Source of the DNA: a virus
DNA length: 64,000 nucleotides
IMG/VR virus record: IMGVR_UViG_3300020182_001907
Direction: 5' to 3' (one strand)
The position numbers and the translations under genes were made by a program. The notes beneath the pieces are model-generated. The model worked only from the letters and a program-made list of their open reading frames with translations. It was not told the origin of the DNA and did no database searches. Positions 49,115 to 59,272 of the stretch are shown piece by piece; within the stretch, counting starts at the first letter, position 1; each line of letters opens with the position of its first letter.

Positions 49115-50118
49115 TGAAAGTAGAAGTAACAGAATTAGATATTGTGTATATTAGTTATGACGAACCTAACTGCGAAGAACACTGGTCTGATCTCTTAAAT
49201 AAAGTTCCATGGGCAAAACGTGTTCATGGTGTAAAAGGTTTTGATGCTGCACATAAACGTGCTGCACAAATAGCAGAAACAGACCGGTTCATCACAGTAG
49301 ACGGCGACAATATAGTAATGCCAGACTTTTTTGATCAAACGCTAGATATACCAGACACTGATATGTATGGTAATGAAATAAGCGAAAGCATCTTTAGTTG
49401 GAACGGAAGAAATTTGCTAAACGGATTAGTCTACGGCAACGGCGGACTTAAATGTTGGCCTACAGAATACACTAAAACTATTAGCACACATGAAGCAGCC
49501 ACCGACGGCGAAGGTATGGAGTTTTGTTGGAAGTTAAACTATATTCAACTTAACGACACGTTCTCAGAAGTTCATCAAACTGCAAGCCCATTCCAGGCGT
49601 TCCGCGCAGGATTTAGAGAAGGCGTTAAGATGAGTTTAGATCAAGGCAAGCGAGTACAAGCTAACGAGTTTAAGGAAAAAATCTGGTACGGCAACTATAA
49701 TAGATTACAAGTTTGGTGCAATATTGGTGATGATGTGGAAAATGGGGTGTGGGCTATATATGGTGCAAGGCTGGGCTGCAAAATGACAGTGCTGTCAGAT
49801 TGGGACACTAACAACATTGCAGATTACACTTGGTTTAAGGATTTCTTTTACAAGCAAGTCGCTCCTCAATTTAATGGCAACAAGCAAAATCAGTGTCCTC
49901 ATACCAAGCAGCAGTGGGATGATCATTTATTATATAAAGAGATAACAGCGTTAGGAAATGAAATAAACACTGAAGTTAACCAAATGTTGTTATTTGATCC
50001 AAATCCACTAGTGAGTAAGTTCTTTAAAACAACCTACACTGCTCCTAGGCGTTGGGGTGTTATGGTTAGGGAAAAACAGATTCAAGAATTACTTGAGAAA
50101 GGGTTAATAGGACATTAA
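49114..50118 (+). CDS. Putative phage glycosyltransferase (GT2-like, DGD motif)
   Basis: 'DIVYISYDEPN', 'VHGVKGFDAAHKRAA..AETDRFITVDGDN', 'NGLVYGNGG', 'QAFRAGFREGVK'; N-terminal GT-A-type layout with DxD. Confidence 0.65.
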   Translation: MKVEVTELDIVYISYDEPNCEEHWSDLLNKVPWAKRVHGVKGFDAAHKRAAQIAETDRFITVDGDNIVMPDFFDQTLDIPDTDMYGNEISESIFSWNGRNLLNGLVYGNGGLKCWPTEYTKTISTHEAATDGEGMEFCWKLNYIQLNDTFSEVHQTASPFQAFRAGFREGVKMSLDQGKRVQANEFKEKIWYGNYNRLQVWCNIGDDVENGVWAIYGARLGCKMTVLSDWDTNNIADYTWFKDFFYKQVAPQFNGNKQNQCPHTKQQWDDHLLYKEITALGNEINTEVNQMLLFDPNPLVSKFFKTTYTAPRRWGVMVREKQIQELLEKGLIGH

Positions 50119-50148
50119 CCATATAAAATTAACAAATGTTTTTATTCA

Positions 50149-50156
50149 GATAAATA
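50149..50156 (+). promoter_or_regulatory. Putative late promoter box GATAAATA
   Basis: Upstream of the UDP-sugar dehydrogenase. GATAAATATTA followed by a CA-rich leader, as at 63581. Confidence 0.6.
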
Positions 50157-50183
50157 TTAACACAATACACAAAGGATACACAG

Positions 50184-51524
50184 ATGGCCTCGATCGGATT
50201 TATTGGGGTAGGCAAGTTAGGACAAGCCTGCGCCGAGATGGTCGCTGAGATCCATGATGTTGTTGGTTATGATGTAGAACCCAGAGAGCCTGAAAATTTT
50301 ACAATGGTTTCAGACTTGCGGGATGCTGTAATAGGACAAGATATTGTTTTTATTGCTGCACCTACACCACACGACCCACAGTATGATGGACGAGCACCCA
50401 CCAGCCATTTACCCAACAAAGACTTTGACTATACTATAGTCAAGGATATCTTAAAACAGGTAAATGAAGTAGCAACACCTAAGCAATTAGTTGTACTAAT
50501 TAGCACAGTATTACCTGGCACTGTTCGCAGAGAACTAATACCTCTATTAACAAACGCCCGTTTCATATATAACCCTTACTTGATTGCCATGGGCACAGTC
50601 AAGTGGGATATGGTTAATCCAGAAATGGTTATGATTGGCACTGGAGACGGTTCAGAAACTGGTGATGCAAAACAGTTAGTAGATTTTTACAAAACAATCA
50701 TGCAAAACGATCCCAAGTATGTTGTAGGTACCTGGGATGAATGTGAATGCATCAAAGTGTTCTACAATACGTTTATTAGTGCTAAAGTTAGTTTGGTAAA
50801 CATGATACAAGACGTTGCTGAAAAGCAGGGTAATATAAATGCAGAAGTTGTATGCGATGCTCTTGCTAATGCTGATAGGCGTATTATGGGTCCGGGTTAC
50901 ATGAAGCCTGGTATGGGCGATGGTGGTGCTTGTCACCCCAGAGATAATATTGCGTTACGCTGGATGGCTGAGGAGTTGGATCTAGGTTATGATTTATTTG
51001 ATTCAGTAATGCGTAGCAGAGAAGTACAAGCAGAGAACATGGCAAAGCGTTTGGTACAACTAAGTTTACCTGCTAATATTGCGCCTATGCATTATATTCC
51101 TAAGCTACCAATTGTTATTGTGGGTAAAGCTTATAAACCTCTTGTGCCTTATGAAGCAGGTAGCAGCAGTATGCTAGTTGGCCATTATATAGAAAAATTA
51201 GGCGGCGAACTTTATTATTTAGATGAAGAATGTGGAGAAACACCACCTGAAAACATTTTAAATAACCCAGCAGTTTATTTAATGGCCCATAATCCTGAAG
51301 TAACTTATGGCGAACAATTAGATTTTGTAAAAAGTTGGTATGCAGGCAATCACGCCGTTACAAACTGTGATACTGCATTAACAGTCGAAACTGCAAATGG
51401 TTCAGAATTGACTTTCAGTACAGGAAGTGTTATACTAGATCCTTGGAGAAAAGTTCCAAACAATATCCCTGGGGTCGAAGTCATACATTACGGGAATACA
51501 AGGGGAGAGAGATCATGGCAATAG
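50184..51524 (+). CDS. UDP-glucose/GDP-mannose 6-dehydrogenase family protein
   Basis: Rossmann 'IGFIGVGKLG', 'FIAAPTP', 'STVLPGT', catalytic Lys helix 'ECIKVFYNTFISAKVSLVN', catalytic Cys motif 'GDGGACHPRD', and 'GKAYKP'. Confidence 0.9.
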   Translation: MASIGFIGVGKLGQACAEMVAEIHDVVGYDVEPREPENFTMVSDLRDAVIGQDIVFIAAPTPHDPQYDGRAPTSHLPNKDFDYTIVKDILKQVNEVATPKQLVVLISTVLPGTVRRELIPLLTNARFIYNPYLIAMGTVKWDMVNPEMVMIGTGDGSETGDAKQLVDFYKTIMQNDPKYVVGTWDECECIKVFYNTFISAKVSLVNMIQDVAEKQGNINAEVVCDALANADRRIMGPGYMKPGMGDGGACHPRDNIALRWMAEELDLGYDLFDSVMRSREVQAENMAKRLVQLSLPANIAPMHYIPKLPIVIVGKAYKPLVPYEAGSSSMLVGHYIEKLGGELYYLDEECGETPPENILNNPAVYLMAHNPEVTYGEQLDFVKSWYAGNHAVTNCDTALTVETANGSELTFSTGSVILDPWRKVPNNIPGVEVIHYGNTRGERSWQ

Positions 51525-52132
51525 TAACAAAATATAAAATTAATACAGAGATACCCGGCTGGACTACTGAAAAAAAATTAAATATGTTGGCGGAAAAAGC
51601 CGCAGCAGTACCTGAAAATGGCACAATTGTCGAGCTAGGAACTTTTTGCGGAAGAAGTGCATACAGTCTTGGTAGTAATAAACTAGATTCTGTGAAACTG
51701 GTATGTGTAGATATGTTCCCTGACAACTTTATACAGATTCTGGCTAAAGACTTCCCTGGCATTGAGCATGGCTTCGGCAATTTAGATACTCCATATACAT
51801 GGCAAGCATGTTCTTACGCCCTCAAAGATGTTGTTAATCTAGAATATCTTAGAACAGTATTGCCCCTTCCTAGTTTTGTACAAATAGATTTGGAGGTTGA
51901 TTTATTGTTTATTGACACAGTACACACTGCTGAGGGAGCCCAAAGTGATATAGATCAATGGTTTCCTCTATTAACAGATAATGCAGTTGTTGTTTTTGAT
52001 GATTATTGTGATGTGTTTCCTGAATATTCAGAAATAATAGACAAGCACCTTCTTACTCTAGATGTACAAAACAGAGAAGTATACGAACATGCATTATGGG
52101 TACAGCTAGGAAAAAAAGAGGAAAACAAATAA
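51515..52132 (+). CDS. Class I SAM-dependent methyltransferase (Methyltransf_24-like)
   Basis: 'IVELGTFCGRS', 'CVDMF', 'LLFIDTVH', 'VVVFDDY'. ATG 51515 has a GGGGAG SD. Confidence 0.85.
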   Translation: MAIVTKYKINTEIPGWTTEKKLNMLAEKAAAVPENGTIVELGTFCGRSAYSLGSNKLDSVKLVCVDMFPDNFIQILAKDFPGIEHGFGNLDTPYTWQACSYALKDVVNLEYLRTVLPLPSFVQIDLEVDLLFIDTVHTAEGAQSDIDQWFPLLTDNAVVVFDDYCDVFPEYSEIIDKHLLTLDVQNREVYEHALWVQLGKKEENK

Positions 52133-52133
52133 C

Positions 52134-53684
52134 ATGGCATATAAAAAAGGTATAACAAAATTTCACGGGGCTGGCTCTCAACAAACATTTGATGCTTTAA
52201 GTGAAGTGAGCGATTCCTTTTGTTTAGCAAAATGGCTGCAGGTTACATTGCATTTACAAAATGGGCACAACCATAGTTGCCACCATCCCGTTACACATCG
52301 GGCAGACGAAAATGAAATTGCAAATAATCCTAATGCGCTACACAATACTCTGTACAAAAAAGCCAAGCAAGCACAAATGTTAACAGGAGAACGGCCTACA
52401 GAATGCCAATACTGCTGGAACATAGAAGACATAGGGCAAGACAGTGATGACACGAGTTTTGCAAGTGACAGGATTCACAAGTCAGGCGATATTACTTGGG
52501 CCGGTACAAACCAAATACAGCCGTTGTTAGACAAAATAAAACGGGGCGAAAAAATAAATCCGCGTTATGTTGAAATTTCATTCAGTAATGTGTGTAATTT
52601 TAAATGCAGTTATTGTTCTCCTGTACACAGCAGTCTATGGACTAGCGAAATCAAAAACAAAGGTCCATATGAGTTGCTGTCTAATCCAGGACATAATAAT
52701 CTAGAATGGTTAGAGAAAGAAGATAAACTACCTATACACCACAAAGATTATAATCCATATGTAGAAGCATTTTGGGAATGGTGGCCTGATCTTGTTCAAG
52801 ATCTAGTGTCGTTTAGAATTACTGGCGGCGAGCCATTACTTGAAGAAAATACGTTTAAAGCGATCAAGATGTTACAAGAATCTGAAACTGGATCGCTAAA
52901 AGAGATGAGTATTAACAGCAATGCGTGTGTACCAGACGAAGTTATAGATCGGTATATTCTAGAAATGAATAAATTATTAGATTCTGGAAAAGTTGAAATT
53001 TCTCGGTTCTTTACAAGCTGCGATACCCATGGCGAGCAAGCTGAATATATCAGGCACGGATTTGATTATAAGAGGTGGCTTAAAAATGTAGACAAAATTC
53101 TAACAGAAATACCTAAATCTAGAGTGACAATTATGTGCACTGCTAATCTCATGAGCTTACCAAGATTTCATTTATTTCTCCAAGACGTACATGCGTTAAA
53201 GAAAAAACACTGGAATAATCCACTTAAAGGGCGTGACCAAGGATTAACATTAGATATACCTATATTGCGTCATCCCGCTCATCAAAGTGTAGCTATACTA
53301 CCTAGCACATATGCAGACATGTTAACTCCTAGTTTAGCCTATATGACCAGCCACTGGGTGGATGGACAGAACCGTGATGCCTGGACAAAAAGAACTACTA
53401 ACAAATTCTCACCTGATCTTTTACAAGATATACAAGAAGATGATAAAATGTTTACTGATTTAGAAATGCAGAGGTTTCAAAGACTGATAAAATCAGTTGA
53501 GGAAGATGTAAATGTTAACGAAGGTGTTAATTCTAAAACTTCAATGATTGATTTTTATTTGTTTGTAAACGAACATGATAGAAGACGTGGTACAGATTTC
53601 AAAAAAACTTTTCCAGAACTTATGGATTTTTATAGGTTATGTGAAGAAGAACATAATAAAAGAATTATGGTGAGGAATATATAA
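52134..53684 (+). CDS. Radical SAM protein with N-terminal twitch/SPASM-like Cys cluster
   Basis: CxxxCxxC 'CNFKCSYC', 'ITGGEP', N-terminal 'FCLAKW...HSCHHP...ECQYCW'. Confidence 0.9.
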   Translation: MAYKKGITKFHGAGSQQTFDALSEVSDSFCLAKWLQVTLHLQNGHNHSCHHPVTHRADENEIANNPNALHNTLYKKAKQAQMLTGERPTECQYCWNIEDIGQDSDDTSFASDRIHKSGDITWAGTNQIQPLLDKIKRGEKINPRYVEISFSNVCNFKCSYCSPVHSSLWTSEIKNKGPYELLSNPGHNNLEWLEKEDKLPIHHKDYNPYVEAFWEWWPDLVQDLVSFRITGGEPLLEENTFKAIKMLQESETGSLKEMSINSNACVPDEVIDRYILEMNKLLDSGKVEISRFFTSCDTHGEQAEYIRHGFDYKRWLKNVDKILTEIPKSRVTIMCTANLMSLPRFHLFLQDVHALKKKHWNNPLKGRDQGLTLDIPILRHPAHQSVAILPSTYADMLTPSLAYMTSHWVDGQNRDAWTKRTTNKFSPDLLQDIQEDDKMFTDLEMQRFQRLIKSVEEDVNVNEGVNSKTSMIDFYLFVNEHDRRRGTDFKKTFPELMDFYRLCEEEHNKRIMVRNI

Positions 53685-55201
53685 TGTCAGGGTACGACCA
53701 AGAATTAAAAGATTTTAAAAAAGTATTAGATGGCGTGAGTCCTAGTTTTTGCAGTGCCAAATGGTTGCAAACAACGTTGCATTTACAAAATGGAAGAACA
53801 CATAGTTGCCACCATCCCTCACCGCATGCAATCCCTATACAGGAATTGGAGAATTACGGACCCACAGCATTACATAACACAAAGTACAAGAAAGAGCAGC
53901 GCCGTCAGATGTTAGCTGGTGAGAGACCTAAAGAGTGTCAATACTGTTGGAATATTGAAGATTTGCCAGGGGACCATACTAGTGATAGACCACGTAAAAG
54001 TATGGAACCTTGGGCTAAAGATAAGTTAGATAGTATTATTGCTAGCGATTCTGATGCCAACATATTGCCTACCTATGTAGAAGTTAGTTTTAGTAATGCG
54101 TGTAATTTTAAATGTAGTTATTGCTCCCCTGTGCATAGCAGTCAATGGGTTAAAGAAATACGTGATCATGGACCATATAATTTAGGAAGTAGGATGCACA
54201 ATGGGTTAGAATATTTTGAGGAGACTGGGCAACTACCTTCACCTGACGCTGACACGTATATACTCCATTTTCGGAGTTGGTTGCTGAATACTCTAGGACC
54301 AAGTAGATCATTACAAGTATTGAGAATTACAGGAGGAGAGCCTACTCAAACAAAAGAGTTCGCTAAACTATGGGATATACTTTATCAGGTTCCACAACCT
54401 CAAATGGAGTTATGCATAAACACTAATTTAGGCATGGATAAAAAAGGTTTGGAAGATTTTGCAGACAAAATTAATCTCGCTTATCATCTCAATCTAGTTA
54501 AAAGTGTGACAATACACACCAGTTGCGATGCAGCTGGCGCTCAAGCAGAATACACAAGACATGGTTTAAATTATAATCAGTGGTTAGAGAATTGCCAGGT
54601 TCTTTTAAATACTTTTCCAAATTTAACAATAAACATAATGTGCACTACAAATATATTCTCTTTAACTAGTATGGATCGTTTTTTAGCCGACGTACTAGCA
54701 TTAAAATTATGTTATCATACTACTGAACGGACAGTACCAGTAACAATAGATTTCAGTATATTACGCTGGCCCGGCCATCAATCTCTTTCTATTATGCCAT
54801 ATGACTATGCCGATATGTTTAATACTAGTTTAGCATTTATGGAGAAGTGGAAAGATGATACTGAGTTAGTTGGTGGCAGCGAATCGATAGAGGCTTACGG
54901 AGTACACTATAATAAAACTCATAGTAGACAGTTAAATAAAGGCTTCTATGATTTTGAAATAAGCAAATTTAAAAGAATGATGGAGTTTACCAGGAACCCC
55001 CCTGATCTCAATGAGGGTGTAGTTAGTATCCAGGGGGCGTGGAGAGATTTTTATTTGTTTGTAGACGAACATGATAAAAGACGTGGAACAGATTTTAAAA
55101 AAACTTTTCCTGAGCTAGTAGAATTTTACAATCTCGCTAAAGCTACACATAAAAATAATGTGCATGTGATTTTAACTAATCATAGTACAACATACGAGTA
55201 G
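53684..55201 (+). CDS. Radical SAM protein, tandem paralogue of the upstream gene
   Basis: Same motifs: 'FCSAKWLQ.TLHLQNG..HSCHHP', 'ECQYCWNIED', 'CNFKCSYCSPVHSS', 'ITGGEP', 'EHD.RRGTDFKKTFPEL'. Confidence 0.9.
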   Translation: MSGYDQELKDFKKVLDGVSPSFCSAKWLQTTLHLQNGRTHSCHHPSPHAIPIQELENYGPTALHNTKYKKEQRRQMLAGERPKECQYCWNIEDLPGDHTSDRPRKSMEPWAKDKLDSIIASDSDANILPTYVEVSFSNACNFKCSYCSPVHSSQWVKEIRDHGPYNLGSRMHNGLEYFEETGQLPSPDADTYILHFRSWLLNTLGPSRSLQVLRITGGEPTQTKEFAKLWDILYQVPQPQMELCINTNLGMDKKGLEDFADKINLAYHLNLVKSVTIHTSCDAAGAQAEYTRHGLNYNQWLENCQVLLNTFPNLTINIMCTTNIFSLTSMDRFLADVLALKLCYHTTERTVPVTIDFSILRWPGHQSLSIMPYDYADMFNTSLAFMEKWKDDTELVGGSESIEAYGVHYNKTHSRQLNKGFYDFEISKFKRMMEFTRNPPDLNEGVVSIQGAWRDFYLFVDEHDKRRGTDFKKTFPELVEFYNLAKATHKNNVHVILTNHSTTYE

Positions 55202-55214
55202 AATAGTAAAAACT

Positions 55215-56693
55215 ATGACAGCCAATAAAATCAACAAACAAAAAATAATATTTGGTTATGACTATTTTTTCCCAAGTGGTCCACTACCTAACGCATTAGA
55301 TTTTGATGCAACATTGTTAAATCTCATAAATTCTAAACATCAGAATGCAAAACGTGGTTCTAGTATATTTACTTCTCCCCAACTTTTTCATACAAACATA
55401 TTAGGTATGGTTAGAGGCAATCCTGTACATCATTGGCCTGTAACAGAATACTCTAATTTACAAGCTGCTAATTATTGGGACATACTGGATATACAAATGT
55501 GTAGTGTGTATAGTATCCCCCCAGATGTAAAATACATATACCCAATTGTGTTACCGCCTCATTTAAACGAATGGATTTCTTTAGACGTTGTCCATACAAA
55601 ACCTGGCAACTTTTTTTTCAACAACATGAGTGCGGTGGCACGTCAAGACGTATGTGAAGGAAGAGCTACTATATTTCTAGATTTTGGACAAGAAAATTTT
55701 ATATCGAAATGGGATTTGGACAATTTACATCAGATGTTAGACCTGGTTAACCTGCGTGGTCCCAGTAGAGATAACTCGAATAAGATACCACCAGAACAAA
55801 TAGTATTAGGACATAATACGTTTAACGGCCAGGAGATTTACGAAAACTGGTATTCAGAGGAAGAAAGAAAAATAACGTACAGAAATTGGGACAGTGTTTT
55901 ACATCAAACCTCGAGGTTTTACGATCATGAACATGCGAATTCTTCAGCGTTGCCAACGTTGGAAGAATTAAATAAAGATGTAATTAGACAGTATTATTTT
56001 GTATTCAATAACAAACAGCCTAGACCATGGAGAATAGATTTGTTACTAGCTTTTGAAAGAATGGGATTGCTAGAAAATAAAATCAATTGGAGCTGGCTCA
56101 GTGACCGGGAGTTTGATTTAGATGATCTTAAAAGAAGTTTAGCACTGTTTCCTTTAGACAACAAGTCAGACAAGGATTTGGTCCAGTTAAACAGTCAATT
56201 ACCACGTCCATTAGATGGCGAACCTAACTCCACATTTGATAATGTAAGCGCTTGGACTGACAAAGATAGTAAACACATATTCTTAGACAGTTATTTCTAT
56301 TTGTGTACTGAAACTTACATGGATCAAGACGGCTATGAAAGCATCACAGAAAAAATAGCAAAGCCTATTGCTAACGGCCTTCCGTTTTTATTTGCTAGTT
56401 TTCCTGGTGTATTACGAAAATTAAGAGAATTAGGATTCCGTACATTCAATGGCTTTATCGACGAAAGCTATGACTTAGAGCCTGATGCAACAAAAAGAAT
56501 GGTAATGATAGGAAATGAAGTTGCACGATTATGCGCACTACCAAAAGGTGTAATACATGAATGGTACCACTCGCAGCAAGAAACTTTAATACATAATCAA
56601 CAAAATCTTTTAAAATATTACCAAAATTCTAGCCACACAACATCACTGATAGACGAGTTAGTAAAAAAATCCGGGGGTACAGAGGATAAATGA
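55215..56693 (+). CDS. Putative GT-B glycosyltransferase (GT10/fucosyltransferase-like C-terminus), paralogue 1
   Basis: 'YFYLCTET.....ITEKIAKPIANGLPF.....LRELGFRTFNGFIDESYD' resembles the GT10 'EN....Y.TEK' donor-binding motif. Confidence 0.55.
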   Translation: MTANKINKQKIIFGYDYFFPSGPLPNALDFDATLLNLINSKHQNAKRGSSIFTSPQLFHTNILGMVRGNPVHHWPVTEYSNLQAANYWDILDIQMCSVYSIPPDVKYIYPIVLPPHLNEWISLDVVHTKPGNFFFNNMSAVARQDVCEGRATIFLDFGQENFISKWDLDNLHQMLDLVNLRGPSRDNSNKIPPEQIVLGHNTFNGQEIYENWYSEEERKITYRNWDSVLHQTSRFYDHEHANSSALPTLEELNKDVIRQYYFVFNNKQPRPWRIDLLLAFERMGLLENKINWSWLSDREFDLDDLKRSLALFPLDNKSDKDLVQLNSQLPRPLDGEPNSTFDNVSAWTDKDSKHIFLDSYFYLCTETYMDQDGYESITEKIAKPIANGLPFLFASFPGVLRKLRELGFRTFNGFIDESYDLEPDATKRMVMIGNEVARLCALPKGVIHEWYHSQQETLIHNQQNLLKYYQNSSHTTSLIDELVKKSGGTEDK

Positions 56694-57802
56694 GCGATCA
56701 AGAGATATTGCGCAATTGGGTATGTATGAACCCATTTAAATATTTAGACATTCAGGAAAATTTTTCTTGGGTTTGTTGTCCTAGTTGGATAACACTAACT
56801 CCTATTTCCAGACACTATGAGTTAGAGAACAACGGGGAAATTACTATTGCTGAAGATTGGTTTAATGGAGAAATAATTAAAGATATCAGGCACAGCGTAT
56901 TAGATGGTTCTTACGAGTACTGTGATAAAAAAGTGTGCCCTCATCTTAGCGAAATCGTTAACAATAAACAACCTACACACCCTTTGCCTATAATAACTAG
57001 AGCTGAATTCCAAGAACAATATCTAAAAGAAAAAGATCCTATAACATTTGTTGAGGAATTCAAAGAAGGACCAGAGGAAATATTGTTTGGTTTTGATCGC
57101 GCCTGCAATCTTAAATGTCCCAGTTGCCGTGATGATACAGTAATTAATCTCAAAGAGGAAGATCCATTACAAATTAAAAAAAGAAAGATTGCAGATATTA
57201 TCACTGATAATTTTGCACACAATGCTAAAAAGTTAATGATAACAGGAAGCGGAGATCCTTTTTACAGCAGAGCATTTAGGAATTACTTGCAAGAATTTCC
57301 TATTGACAATTATCCTAACATGGAGATGATACACATAATTACGAATGGTAACTTACTCAATAAAAAAATGTGGGATAGTCTTAATGCCAAAGAGTTTATT
57401 CGCAGTATTGAATTTAGCGTAGACGCAGGAACACAACACACATACGAAACAGTAACTAGGTTAAATGGAGACTGGAATAAACTGTTACAAAACATATCGT
57501 TTGTTGCAACACAAGAACAAATTAACGATATTACCTTAAGCATGGTTGTAAGTGAATTAAACTACACGGAGATGCATACCTTTTGGCTAACTATGACAGA
57601 TTTATTAAAAGATTTTCAGGGTAACCTAACGCTGAATTTTAGACGTATTGTGCATTGGCAACACAGCGCATATCGCCCAGAAGACATAAGAAACATTTCT
57701 GTATTTGATCGTGATCATCCGCAGCACGATAATTTTTTAACTGAAACAAACAAAATAAAAGATTTACCTTTTGTAAGTCATAACTTTCACGAGGTAATAT
57801 AA
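56690..57802 (+). CDS. Radical SAM protein with N-terminal SPASM/twitch-like domain
   Basis: 'CMNPF...CCPSW...YCDKKVCP', then 'CNLKCPSC', 'GSGDPF', 'ITNG', 'SVDAG'. Confidence 0.88.
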   Translation: MSDQEILRNWVCMNPFKYLDIQENFSWVCCPSWITLTPISRHYELENNGEITIAEDWFNGEIIKDIRHSVLDGSYEYCDKKVCPHLSEIVNNKQPTHPLPIITRAEFQEQYLKEKDPITFVEEFKEGPEEILFGFDRACNLKCPSCRDDTVINLKEEDPLQIKKRKIADIITDNFAHNAKKLMITGSGDPFYSRAFRNYLQEFPIDNYPNMEMIHIITNGNLLNKKMWDSLNAKEFIRSIEFSVDAGTQHTYETVTRLNGDWNKLLQNISFVATQEQINDITLSMVVSELNYTEMHTFWLTMTDLLKDFQGNLTLNFRRIVHWQHSAYRPEDIRNISVFDRDHPQHDNFLTETNKIKDLPFVSHNFHEVI

Positions 57803-57805
57803 ACT

Positions 57806-59272
57806 ATGCGACTACTGGCTCAAACTCACCCTAAACCTGAAAAACAAATTACATTTTTATATGATTATGCATTTCCTAACTACTATCTGCCTAATGCAAC
57901 TAGTATGGATTTATTCATGTTAAATTATATGAACAGCCAGCACGATGACGCTCCCAGCCCGTTTACAATAAACAATCATGATGCTGTAAGCAAATTGTTT
58001 AATAATAGAAATTATAATATGGCTGCAAGCAATCACGGATCTACACTATCCGCTTCTTGCTTTGCAAGGATAATAACCATAAACTGTGACACAATGGCTA
58101 ATCGTACAAAGTATCACCGTTATGTATACCCAATACATTTAACAGCGCATCTGGATCACTTTAATGGTAGGCCAGAGGGTGACAACAAGCTTAGTAAGTT
58201 TAAAGTAAATGGGGACTATTTCTATAAGTTTATGAGTGAACAAGCAATTCAAGATGTTCGCAGCGGCAAAGCAACATTATTACTTGATTACGGTTTAGAA
58301 AATTGGATACTTCGCACAGAATACGAACAAATACATGCGACACTAGACGCCGCTGGATTTCCAGCAGAAAACGTTGTGGTGTTTATTAATTCTTTGAATG
58401 CAGAAGATGTTTATAATGAATGGTTCCCAGATAATAAAAGATTACAAGTAGCAAATTTCCCCTATTTAATGATTGCGTCAAGCCAAACTTATTCCTCAGG
58501 AGAGAATTCAGTTACCGAAAAAAACTTATTAGCAAATAAAGACAACCTACGCACTTATCATTATTTGTTTAAAAGTCGTCGTCCTAGATTTCACCGCCAA
58601 GTCATTGGTTTGCATTTACTTAGTAAAGATAATTTAAAAAAAGGCAATTGGAGCTATTTAAGAGCAGGGGAGTTACCTGATCACACATTAAATTCTCTCA
58701 GGATACATTTTCCTGATATTGACTATATAAACATGGACTTAGTTGATTCATTTAACAGTATGCTTCCCAAAACACTGGTTGGCGAAGAAGACCTCACAGA
58801 ACAAACTGTTCAAACTTGGAGAGACTCTGAGTTAAACATATACTCTAACAGCTATTTTTATATCTGCACTGAAACTGGTTTTGGCTGGGAAAGTTGGCAT
58901 CAGAAAAGGGAGCACCATATCCTAACAGAAAAAGTGTGGAAACCCGTAGCTAATTTTCAACCATTTATTTTTTGCACTGTGCCAGGCACACTTGGACGAT
59001 TGCGCGAGTTAGGATACCGCACATTTGATGGCTATATTGACGAAAGTTATGATCTAGAACCAGATTACAACAAAAGAATGCTTATGATATTAAAAGAAAT
59101 AGACAAGTTATGTGCATTGCCACAAGAAGAAATACACAACTGGTATTGGTCCCAATGGGATATTTTGGTACACAACCAGCGTCATTTGATTGATCAATGC
59201 AAATTTGATAATGCTAACCTTCTTATAGAACCTTTAGTACGTAAATTACCAGCTAGGTGGATAAATGAATGA
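57806..59272 (+). CDS. Putative GT10-like glycosyltransferase, paralogue 2
   Basis: 'YFYICTET...LTEKVWKPVANFQPF...LRELGYRTFDGYIDESYDLEPD'. The N-terminus resembles that of 55215 (YDY.FP...LPNA). Confidence 0.55.
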   Translation: MRLLAQTHPKPEKQITFLYDYAFPNYYLPNATSMDLFMLNYMNSQHDDAPSPFTINNHDAVSKLFNNRNYNMAASNHGSTLSASCFARIITINCDTMANRTKYHRYVYPIHLTAHLDHFNGRPEGDNKLSKFKVNGDYFYKFMSEQAIQDVRSGKATLLLDYGLENWILRTEYEQIHATLDAAGFPAENVVVFINSLNAEDVYNEWFPDNKRLQVANFPYLMIASSQTYSSGENSVTEKNLLANKDNLRTYHYLFKSRRPRFHRQVIGLHLLSKDNLKKGNWSYLRAGELPDHTLNSLRIHFPDIDYINMDLVDSFNSMLPKTLVGEEDLTEQTVQTWRDSELNIYSNSYFYICTETGFGWESWHQKREHHILTEKVWKPVANFQPFIFCTVPGTLGRLRELGYRTFDGYIDESYDLEPDYNKRMLMILKEIDKLCALPQEEIHNWYWSQWDILVHNQRHLIDQCKFDNANLLIEPLVRKLPARWINE

